From contig BAAFSQ010000296.1 in assembly GCA_054661495.1 (NCBI GenBank), forward strand, positions 1-12,148: 12,148 bases of DNA, read 5' to 3'. Position numbers and translations under genes: made by a program. A model generated the notes under the pieces. The model worked only from the letters and a program-made list of their open reading frames with translations. It made no database searches and had not been told where the DNA came from. The stretch comes from Zygophlyctis sp. KS116 (taxonomy: Eukaryota; Fungi; Chytridiomycota). Below, in pieces: positions 1-9,539 of the stretch. Numbering within the stretch: the first letter of the stretch is position 1; each line of letters starts with the position of its first letter.

Positions 1-1
1 T

Positions 2-610
2 GATGAATATTCAAAATTCTGGGTTCGTTTATTGATTTCCAACAAAATGTACTGGCAACCCTGGGAAGAGTTCAACTGTAGCTACATGGCTTTCCGTCTC
101 TCACTCTATGCAAAACTAGGAATCGCCACTATCCCAATCACTGAGTTTTTATCAGGTGCGAAAATGAACATTTCGGAAGATATCATTCTTAAAATTCCTT
201 CCATTCATGATATAAAGACTGCAAAGAACAGCTATCAGTTTCCCTCAACCAGACAAAAAGAGTCTAAGATTGGAACATGTGTATTGAATGGACCAAGCGC
301 ACCCTTTGATGCCTTTGTTTATTTGGAAACGACAGCGGGTAAACGGCTCCTTGTACAGCAAATGAAACTTGCTTATAAAGATTCTGGAACTCCACAGAAA
401 ATTACAAAACGTAAAATTGCGAAAGAGTATAGTAAAGCTTGTGCGTCGATTGATCAATATATCCCAAAAACTGATTACATTATTCTTATTCTTGGACGTT
501 GCAAGGGTGTTTATGATGCAGAAAAGTTGCCTACTAATTGTGCAGTTGTTTCACTGAATGAATTTGAAGAATTTTATGGGGAAGAATATAGTCAATACTT
601 GAAAAAGTAG
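2..610 (+). CDS. 3' part of a Crinkler (CRN)-like protein, C-terminal restriction-endonuclease-fold domain (5' truncated by window edge)
   Basis: Frame is open from nt 2 (DEYSKFWVRLLISNKMYWQPWEEFN...) to TAG 608-610 with no intron needed. The motif series WQxWEEF ... NGPSAPFDAFVYL ... LLVQQMK resembles the E...D...QxK REase-like core of CRN C-termini. Recognised by eye only. Confidence 0.55.
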   Translation, partial: DEYSKFWVRLLISNKMYWQPWEEFNCSYMAFRLSLYAKLGIATIPITEFLSGAKMNISEDIILKIPSIHDIKTAKNSYQFPSTRQKESKIGTCVLNGPSAPFDAFVYLETTAGKRLLVQQMKLAYKDSGTPQKITKRKIAKEYSKACASIDQYIPKTDYIILILGRCKGVYDAEKLPTNCAVVSLNEFEEFYGEEYSQYLKK

Positions 611-745
611 TCTTTATATATGAATAATATTAAAAAAGATCATTCAAAGATTTAATTTCATCTCTAGTAAGTGCCACATTTCATGAAAACGGCAACAGAA
701 ATGCAGCAGGTTTGTGTTTTACATTTAAGTTGGTGAATTTTCGAC

Positions 746-1973
746 ATGGAAAAGGCCAATTTCCATGCCACAAAAGCTCAAGAATATGAGACTATGCGAG
801 ATTTTGAAAATGCGATTTCTCATTATTTTAAAGCGGCACAATATTATCTAGAAGCGGTAGAATTCACAACGGATTCAAATGTACAAAATACACTCCGAAA
901 ATGTCATTTTAAGGCTTTAAATGATGCTAGAATTCTACAAAAGAAGATGAAGAATGTTTCCATTCCATTGGAAAATTCTGACTCAAATTCAAGTCAAATT
1001 GAAGATTTGGCGAAATTTTCTGGATTTATCGGACAATCATCATCAGAGGAAATTGGGATTTTTAAATTAACAAATAAGCCTTCTTCTGCTCAATCTACTC
1101 TCCCAGCGCAGATTAAAATTGATGAATCAACAATTAATTCACGACTAGGGAATTATAATAGTGAAACAGATGATACATTTAATGCATATATTTTACCAAA
1201 TTCATCTTTTCAAACTGATAATCAGGCGTGGATTCAAGATGATCCTTTTGTTAGATTTTGGGATAAAGTGGAGAATTTGGTAGATTATTTACCATTAAAT
1301 TTGAAAAAAACTGATAGAAAACAGTCACAGGGTGCAATAGGATCAAATGCAATAATAGGAAAACAAAAAAATGTAGATAATTCAAATGTATTGTTACAGT
1401 CTTATTATTTTGTACCTTCTAAAAAAGATCAGATGCCTTTAAAAACACTAGAAGAATTTGAAATTGAAAACAAGACTCTAAAACAGACTATCGAGAAATT
1501 AAGTTCTCAAGTTGCAAGTTTAGAAAATGTATTTCCTAGATTTCTTATAATTAGGCCGCAAAAGAAAATAGCCTGTTGAAGAATTCGATTAATCAGTTTA
1601 GAGAAGATGTTGTCAAACAAAGACTTCAATCTAGGACCGTGTCTTCTTCAAATGAACAGGAACTTAATAAATTGGAAAAAGTGGTTCTAGTACAAAAGAT
1701 TATTGATTTAGAAATTCAATTAAATACAATGCAAAAAGAAGTCTTGGTAATTTATATATCATCTAAAGTTAGCGGGCTTCAAAAACAAGGGAAACTAAAA
1801 TCAAGTCTGATTTAAAAACTTCAACAGCTCAAGCAGCATTAAATTCTGGCGAGATAAATGTTGAGAGTTTGGGAAAAACTTTACCTTTGGAATCACCAGA
1901 ATTAAATTCTCAGTCAGTCTACACAACAACTTCTTCAGCAATGTATCATAGTACAAGAGAAGAAAAGGAATAA
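746..1973 (+). CDS. MIT-domain plus coiled-coil protein, Atg38/NRBF2-like (391 aa, 3 exons)
   Basis: Exons 746-1528, 1555-1746, 1773-1973. Two 26-nt GT-AG introns (1529-1554, 1747-1772) join track ORFs 746..1579 and 1576..1815 and a last exon ending at TAA 1971-1973. The N-terminus (FENAISHYFKAAQYYLEAVEFT) resembles the NRBF2-type MIT domain; heptad coiled coil at KTLEEFEIENKTLKQTIEKLSSQVASLENAAKENSLLK. Confidence 0.7.
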
Positions 1974-1982
1974 AATATGTAT

Positions 1983-3391
1983 TTAGTGCGTAGTCTGATT
2001 TTGTCTTATATGTCCGACTTTAGCAATAAATTCTTCAAGTATATCACCCACAACTGTTTCTAGAACTCGAACTCTTTGAGACGATTCCCAATCACTCCAA
2101 ACTGATTTTGACTTTAGAAATCCTACAGGCTTTACAATAGATTGTGAACAGGAAGAACATGATATAAAACCCAATTCTGGCGTATCACAAACCAAAGTCA
2201 CCAAGAAAAATGTATGAATTGGATCATCTAATAGGCCACACGACAATGGCAAAGCCACCTGTTGTACTACCATAATCACCGATGCTCTAATTTGTTCTAA
2301 AGAAACTTGATTAGCATCCATTTGACTATATTGCTTTTCAATTGCCTCATCCGAAAGCTTTTGAAGTCCAGTAACTATACCCTATAATTTAATTTTGAAA
2401 AAACCCATTAAATTTCAAGGATTTCCTTTAAATTACCTCTGTTCTATTTAAAGCCTCTTGTAAACTGTTAGCAACAATATTTTCTGAATGATCCACATTA
2501 TAAACCTTTACATTTTTACAAATCCTATTAACTGGATTCAACCATAAATCATTTATAGTACTAAAAGTAAAATCTTTTAAAACATCTCTAGATATTCCTT
2601 TTTCCGCTTCTAAACAAATCCAGACAGTCAATTGATCTGCCAGAAATCTAAAATTTTGTAAATAATTCCATAAAATACCCTTTTTCATGTTTAATTTCAA
2701 TCTTTGGAGCCAAAGTCTCTGCCCACTTATTTAAATTTGTATTTACTTTTTCAGCCATTTTTACCACATTTTCATTCCCCGCAACTACTCTAGCTGTACT
2801 TTCTGCAACTTGTGACGCTTTATTCCACAATGACGCCAAATTCCATTCCTGACTTTTAGCCTGTCTATGATCATTTTCCTGAGCATTCCCATAACCTTGT
2901 GTATTACTAGTATTTAGAGATTCTTGAGGAATATTTTGTGATAATAAATCCACTTGCACCGGAGCAGCCAGAGGAACATAACCATGTGTAACCTTTTTAG
3001 TCTTTTTAGGAATTCCTGATTGTCCCAGTTGTCCTGATTGTCCCATTTTCCCCATTGGCGGTGGTCCTATTGTATCTGTTTGTCCGACGGGCGGTCCAAC
3101 TGTTCCATCGGAAAGTCCAACATTAGTCGGAATAGTAGATTTGACATTTGGTAGTACAGTGCTTGTTACAACAGTTGGTGCATTATTAAGCGTATCAGAC
3201 TTATTACTATTGGCAGCATTACTATTGGTAGCATTACTATTGGCAGCATTACTATTGATAGCATTACTATTGGCAGCATTACTAGGAGATACAAGAGTCT
3301 TTTTCGACACAGAATCCACAGTCTTGTTTGTCTTTGTCAGAATATCTAAATCCTGTAGAAACTTTGCAACTTCATCTTGCGTTTTCGACAT
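1983..3391 (-). CDS. Mtc1 (maintenance of telomere capping 1)-like protein (440 aa, 3 exons)
   Basis: Exons 3391-2679, 2647-2437, 2381-1983. Introns 2678-2648 (31 nt) and 2436-2382 (55 nt) fuse three track ORFs in frame. N-terminal DEVAKFLQDLD, low-complexity linker, ETLAPKI followed by LTVWI, and C-terminal WSDW...LETVVGDILEEFI helix resemble the fungal Mtc1 layout. The gene structure is firmer than the family call. Confidence 0.55.
3203..3284. repeat. 15-bp coding tandem repeat, about 5.5 copies (ATTACTATTGGCAGC), encoding SNA(A/T/I)N on the - strand
   Basis: Units start at 3203, 3218, 3233, 3248, 3263 and a partial at 3278. Units 1, 3 and 5 are identical; units 2 and 4 carry GGTAGC and GATAGC variants. 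Confidence 0.95.
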
Positions 3392-3399
3392 TTTTTCTT

Positions 3400-4020
3400 A
3401 TGGCAACTGGTAATTTTAGATTTTATAAATTGTAGAATGGGAAGATGTTTTAATAGCAAAGGGGATTATACAACCAGCAGTGAATCATTCTCTAGAGACT
3501 CAAGATGAGACTTTAAATGATGTCGATCTTGATGAATTGTTGGCCGATGATGATTTCATGGCAAAATACACTTCTCAAAGACTTAATCAACTTAAAAATG
3601 TTCATACTTTTGCAGGTGTAGAAGAAATATCTCTTCAAGATTATGAAAAACAAGTCACTCAAGCTTCTTACAAGTCTTGGGTTGTTGTTTTCTTGTATCA
3701 GAATTATATTGAATCTTGTTCAAGACTATCAATACTATTAGAGAAATTATCTAAACAGATGGGTCATGTTAAATTTGTTAAAATACAGGCTACAAGATGT
3801 ATTCCAAGTAAGTTTTATTTTTTATAATGATTTAGATTATCCTGATAAGAATGTTCCTACTTTAATAGTATATAATCAAGGTAATGTTGAATCACAATTG
3901 GTAGGGAAAGATTGTGGAGGGGAAAATGTTTCTTTTGAAAAATTAAAGATAATACTAGAGTCTGTTGGAGTAGGAAAAGGATCTCTAGAAAACGAATTAA
4001 GGGATAGTGATTCAGATTAA
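3400..4020 (+). CDS. PLP2: Phosducin-like protein (PDCL3/Plp2 type, thioredoxin fold; 188 aa, 3 exons)
   Basis: Exons 3400-3409, 3436-3807, 3836-4020; introns 3410-3435 (26 nt) and 3808-3835 (28 nt). Splicing restores the family motifs TEWEDVLIAKGII and [25 protein letters not shown]; acidic DSDSD tail. Confidence 0.9.
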
Positions 4021-4157
4021 TATATGTACTGTTTCTTTTTTAAGATTTTACTGCTCTAGTCCTGTGTGATCTCCTTTTAGAACCCCTTTTTAGAAAACAA
4101 TCAGATGTATAAAGACGATGGAGCGATTTAAGAAACAGGGAGTGATCCGAGGCAAAG

Positions 4158-4200
4158 ATTGGACGAATCGCGCGTTTTTGTCCGGAAACCAACAGCGCGT
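4158..4200 (+). promoter_or_regulatory. Putative promoter elements upstream of the kinase: reverse CCAAT box plus two CGCG (MCB/E2F-like) cores
   Basis: ATTGG at 4158-4162, CGCGCG at 4169-4174 and GCGCGT at 4195-4200, about 60-100 nt upstream of ATG 4259, in a window where CGCG is otherwise rare. Function is inferred. Confidence 0.3.
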
Positions 4201-4258
4201 TCGTTGTTCTTATCAATAGAAATCTTCTTTTTACTGTAAATCTGTCATTATTAGGAAA

Positions 4259-5648
4259 ATGACAAATGATGGTTCGGTTGCATTGCCTGCTTTGGAGAAT
4301 TTAATTGTGAAATCTCGTTGGAAAATTGTAATTTAGGAAAAGTGTAATCTGACAGGTCAAATTATTGGGAAAAGGTGCATTTGGTCAGGTGTATTTGGCT
4401 CTGGATTTAATAACATGTCAACAATGTGCAATCAAGATTGAACTTCCAAATGCAAAAAAACCGGTTTTAAAATTGGAAATTTCAGTGATTAGAAAGGTTC
4501 AAAATTGTCAATATTTTCCAAATTATATTGCATGTGGGAGATTTATGCCACCATTAAAGTATTTTCAGAAATCTCATGCTGAAGATTATGCTTATTCATA
4601 TCTAGTCATGGAATTATTAGGTCCAAGGTACTAGATTTCCTTTAATTTCTAGTTTAGCAGAACTTCGTAAAAAGGTTGCAGATGGGATATTTCAGAAAAG
4701 ATTCGTTGCAATCGTTGCAAAACAAATTATTAAATCTCTTCAATGTTTACATGATAGAGGAATTTTACATCGGGATATTAAACCTGCTAATTTCTGTCTC
4801 GGACATGGAATGGATGGGTCTGATCTTGGAAATATAAAGTGTCATTTGATTGATTTTGGATTGTCTAGAAGATATACAGGACCTAATGGAGCTGTTAGGC
4901 CGGTAATTTAAGTAAAATTTACGATTTAGGAAAGGAATACAGTTGGTTTTAGAGGGACTGCTAGATATGCTTCGATTTCTGCACATTTAGGAAAAGTATT
5001 GAAAATTTCAACTAATTTTTTTAGGATCTGGGAAGAGTTGATGATCTTTGGTCTTTTTTATACATGATTTTAGAGTTTTTATGTGGTACTTTGCCGTGGA
5101 AAGGGAAAACAAAGGAAACAATTGGACAATTAAAAGTAGAATTAACAAATTCAAAATTATTTGCAGACACTTGTCCGAATTTGGTCAAAATTCATGACCA
5201 TTTGAAAACATTGGGTTACTCTGATAGGCCAGATTATGATTATATTTGTCAAGTTTTTGATCTAATTTTAAAAGAATCAGAGTCTGAAAATTTATCAGAA
5301 CTTGACAAGATGGATATTGTTTCTGTAGAAAAAACGGAAGACTGCTTATCTCTAAAAAGTCCAGATGAAGATGAAATTGCTCCTGTTCTATTTACATCTC
5401 CTCAGATGGAAAAGAATAATCAGAATCAATATTTTATGGATGCAAAAGAAACTGCCACGCTATTTGAATCTGTTGAATATGCAAAATTATCCTCAAAAGG
5501 AGGAATAGTAGAATTAGATGCACCAACACATGCAATCATGATTCCAAGGTAAATATTTTCGACTTAAACCAGGCCTCCGTCTATCCCATTCATCAAACCA
5601 AAGCAGTCATCTAGAACCAAGAAATACTTTTTAAGAAGCAAAAAGTAA
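4259..5648 (+). CDS. TTBK: Tau-tubulin kinase-like Ser/Thr kinase (CK1 group; 418 aa, 6 exons)
   Basis: Exons 4259-4327, 4356-4627, 4653-4902, 4930-4995, 5025-5548, 5573-5648; introns of 28, 25, 27, 29 and 24 nt. The spliced product has GKGAFG, AIKIE, KPVLKLEISVIRKVQ, MELLGPSLAELR, HRDIKPANF, IDFGLSR, VGFRGTARYAS and DLGRVDDLWSFLYMILEFLCGTLPW, which are TTBK-type rather than canonical CK1 signatures. The last intron is less certain; the alternative stop is 5550-5552. Confidence 0.85.
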
Positions 5649-5742
5649 AACTATTCATAAGCAAGCTATTTATCAGTTTGAAGACTGTGGAAATTTTTTT
5701 ATTGTATAATTACCATTTAACCAAAATATATTTTGATTAGAG

Positions 5743-6723
5743 TTATAAATATCTTGCACTAGGGAATGGTAGAGATCTATGAAGACCCAGTGAAATATCC
5801 AAATAATCTGCTTCATTTTCAGCCGTAACATAACCATGCCGAACTAAAAAATCTAAAACAACCAGCCCAGACTCTGGAGTAAATTGATCCTCTAATAATA
5901 ACTCCTTGACTTTATCTAATTCTAATAGCTTGAATTCATATACTTCACCATCTTCAGGTTTTGGTACAAAATCCAATGGTAATTTTAAATCATAACAATA
6001 TTCTATAAACTTTAAATTATTTTAGAATACCCAAATTTGGAAGCCAACCTCTATAAGACTCTAGAAAAAAAGAAACAGTTCCTGTTAATACAACATTATC
6101 TGCAATAGAACTAGGGATAGACGCTTCTTCTAAACACTCTTTAAGTATACATTGTCGTGGATTTAAACCAGCAGTTAAACCTCCTGAAATGAGTTAAAGT
6201 ATTTACCTCCAACTATATTATCTAATAATCCAGGATAAGTTTGTTTTGTGAGCGATCTTTTTCCAATCCACATCTTGATAGATCCATCATCAGGCATACA
6301 AACGTATCCATTCAAGTGACATCCTGCAGCACGAACTCCCAATAGTCCAATTGCAGATCGTTCCATTTCAAATAAAACTCCATCTAGTCCAAAGATTTGG
6401 AATTTTTCATTTCTCCATCCATTTAAACAAGTAAATACATTTCTAGATTTAAGATCAAGAAATACTTTTTGAATCGCCAATGTTCTGCTGGTTGGTGTGT
6501 CTAGATCTGGACTTAAAATTAACGATGTTCTATCGGGATCCAATTTAAAAACTGTAGAGTATTGTATCAAATATTCAATTGCATCGGGTTTAACCAAGCC
6601 AATTTCAGTCTCTTCACATTTAAGATATAATCCAACTGTCGGGGAAGGACATGATTTAACTATAGATTCCTTTGACACTGTAAAAGTATTTGCTTTTGAA
6701 ACTAATTCAAACAAACTATTCAT
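5743..6723 (-). CDS. Nudix hydrolase, YJR142W / thiamine-pyrophosphokinase-related type (309 aa, 3 exons)
   Basis: Exons 6723-6207, 6183-6031, 6002-5743; introns 6206-6184 (23 nt) and 6030-6003 (28 nt). Motifs GWRNE, MERSA, GCHLNGY, MWIGKRSLTKQTYPGLLDNIVGGGL, Nudix box KECLEEASIP, YCYDLKLP, PEDGEV, DFLVRHG. Confidence 0.9.
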
Positions 6724-9429
6724 TCAAATCGTTCTTTAATCGTTTCAAATGCTGCTAAAATCTTCAACTTTACAATTTTTAACTTTCGGTTTTCAGTGTC
6801 CAGAGATGATCGTTTTGAGAATGAAATGAGGTTATCAAATGTATGTGAGTAATTATATAATCTTTGGAGAGGATATTTGAAGAATCGTTCCCAATGTTCG
6901 TGTTCAACCTTTTTAAAGTTGATTTCTTCAGTCTTGATAATTCTTTTAATGAAATCAACCACAAATTCCTTATCCGATGGGTTTGAAGGTTGAATAAATT
7001 CCTTATCTAAATTTATCGGTTTAGAATCAAAAAATATTACTGCAAATCGAATATATGGAGTTATCATATCATTTGCAAAATTCATAAAAAAATCAGCAAT
7101 AAAGAGGCGATCAGAGTTGTTGTCTTGAGATTGAAACTCTTCAATTGCCGTTTTTAGACTCTTGTTAAGTCTTCTGTGAAGCGCCATTATTGATAACGCG
7201 ATTTCTCTATATTGGGAAATTTCCTTTAATTCATCTTGTATTCGAAGTAAATAATTGAGATCGGATTCTTCATCATTTTGTTTTTCATCCATTAATAATT
7301 TGAATAAGCTAGTGTTAAAAGATTGTCGGACAGGTTGAGATTTAATTTCTTCGGGTTTGATTCCTATTCTGCGGATTTCAATCTCTCTCTTTTTAGTCAA
7401 TATATCCAACAGTTCAACTATATGTGCCATAATAGTCGAAAAAAGTCTCTGGATTTTTTAAATAGAGAGTAATTACCTCATCTGAAGAAATCTTTAATGC
7501 TAATCTAGGGATCGATTCTTCATTATTTAATTGAATAGATTCATCATTCGATTCTGAATTAAGTTGAAAATGGACTTTTTGATTTATATCAGTGCGTCTC
7601 TTTTCACCAGGGGTTTTATCAAGGTCGCTTTCGACTGAATCAAAGCTGTCACGGAGATTAGATGGATTTTTTAAATCATATGCAGGTTTGGGAGGTTCCG
7701 GTCTGTGTAATGGGATCTGATCTGTATCATGTTCAAGCGTATCAAAGCTGCTTTTGCGGGAGATCCCAGTTCGAAGTGGTACTGGTATTTTGGAATCTCT
7801 ATACCGGTCCCTTGATGGATCTTCATAGGTCTTTTGAGGGGCTTTTGGAGCTGATTCTTCATTAGAATCATTAGAGTCATTAGAAGAATGAGCCAAATTT
7901 CCAAATTCTGATTCAAGCGCAGAATAAACATCATCGATTGACTTTCCTGCTGCTTCTTTTTTAATAGCTGCATTGTTGGCAGATATATGTGTACTATGAC
8001 GATTTCCGTTTACTTCCGAAAAGTTTTGTTTTGCTGGCGGCTGCTGGTTTAAATTTGAGAATTCTTTTGAAGATTCGTCTTCATTAGTATCAAGAAATTT
8101 GACATTTTTCTCTGCCCCTTTACTTGGAAAAGACCAAGAAGATGTTCTTTTTGCCCTACTTTCTTTTAAACGAGCCAAGGGACCCTTTTTGAGATGAGAA
8201 GGACCCTGAGACATTGGCATACTGGATATAGGTCTACTACTGACATCTTTCTTGACATTTTGTATGTTTTGAATTTCTTCATCCTTTGGATTTAACGAAT
8301 CTGAAGAATCCATTTTCTCTATTTCATACTGCCCCAATACAGAGCTCCTTTTCCTATTTTCTAATGTGACTGGCTGCTTATTTTGTGATTGCTCAATAGT
8401 AGAAGAATTTGAAAAATTCAATTCTAGAAATGGCCCCTTCCAATTACTTATAATCCTAGATCTATTTTCCAAATTATAAATAGTTTTTAAGACTGCAATT
8501 CCAGCAACTGATTCATCTTTAATAAGAGAAGGAATCAAATCCAAAACCTTAAAAACGTCCATAATTCCAAGACATCTACAAAATTCCAAAAAGAATATAA
8601 TTTTATGAATTGAATATTCCTTTCCTTTTTCTAATAATAGACAATCAGTAGCTGGAAACAGTTTAATTATAATCTGACATAAAATATTTCCATTCTTTAG
8701 AATCTCTATAGGATTTCCCAAAGTTTGAAATTTGGTATAAAGTATTTTGTTTATCCATTCTAAAAACTTGACTGATGATTTCTGATACTGAATTATTGTA
8801 CTATAAGAAGGATTAAGATTACTTGTAGTAGTTGAAGTAGTTAGATTCTGAGAAAATGAATCAGAAGATAATGTAATTGACGCTTGAAACGTTTCTGGTG
8901 AATTCAAAAATTTTATAAATTGTAATTCTTTTTCTGGTAGTGGATTTTGAGTCATTAGAGTGTATTCTAATGATAATTTCATGACATGTTCCTTTGTACG
9001 TTGAGATATTTTTGTCTGAGAATCCTTCCGTTCATGTCTTTTACTTGAATTAGATTTTAATTCATTTTTTAGTCTTCTTTGATGATATGCTCTCCAAAAT
9101 CGTTGAATTTTAACAGCGCTTATAATTGGATTTGGTTTAAAGTTATTTCTTGATGATTTTGGCGAGAGATTTGCATTTGCAGGATTCCTTTGAGAACCTG
9201 ATGCAAGTCCTTGAGCCTGAGAATAAGAATTTAATTTCTGAATTCCATCTTTTGAAAACCAAATCATTCCTCCGGACGAATCTTTTATAACTCCAGCATC
9301 GGCCGGACTTACTCTTAACTTTGCTAAAAACTCACAGCATTCTTTAATAAGATCTTGAGAATTTAAATTGAATCGTTTGGCAAATTCAGAGATTGAGTAT
9401 ACAGCTGCTGCTGAATTTGTTTTTGACAT
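6720..9429 (-). CDS. IQ-motif + calponin-homology + divergent Dbl-homology (RhoGEF-like) protein (893 aa, 2 exons)
   Basis: First in-frame ATG is at 9429 (the track start at 9444 is GTG). Exons 9429-7477 and 7448-6720; 28-nt intron 7476-7449. IQ motif AVKIQRFWRAYHQRR; CH domain FLEWINKIL...LKNGNILCQII...IIFFLEFCRCLG; C-terminal helical domain with DH-like SDERLF..IMAHIVE, IADFF and FKYPLQRLYNY. Confidence 0.7.
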
Positions 9430-9539
9430 TAAAGATGTAAACACGCCACATTGTTTGCCATGTCTATTGTTTATCTACTTATTTAGCGTATTATACTGTG
9501 TATTAGTATGATCTCAATAAAATAAATAGTATAGTATTA

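Noticed and set aside
683-745. Upstream ATG 683 with a candidate 20-nt intron at 710-729 as a first exon of the MIT gene
   Set aside because: The spliced product is out of frame with ATG 746, and the donor is GTT rather than the GTA seen in all supported introns.
3203-3284. Possible CRISPR-like array
   Set aside because: Contiguous 15-bp units with no unique spacers, in frame within a eukaryotic CDS.
3141-3413. 90-aa Leu/Ala-rich + strand ORF resembling a membrane or signal peptide
   Set aside because: It is the antisense shadow of the SNAAN tandem repeat inside the Mtc1-like CDS and has a TTG start.
4103-4117. AGATGTATAAAGACG resembling a Tn5 mosaic end or Nextera adapter
   Set aside because: Several indels relative to AGATGTGTATAAGAGACAG and no partner end; likely chance.
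4118-4219. 33-codon ORF MERFKKQG... upstream of the kinase
   Set aside because: Short with no recognisable motif; it could be a uORF but cannot be supported from sequence alone.
4155-4226. H/ACA snoRNA (two hairpins with an AAACCA hinge)
   Set aside because: The hairpins are far too short, with no pseudouridylation pockets and no terminal ACA.
6717-6773. DH-Nudix fusion protein through splicing or frameshifting
   Set aside because: Candidate introns from the GTAAAG donor at 6773 (19, 22 or 40 nt) all enter a frame that stops at once, and the Nudix frame has TGA directly before its ATG.
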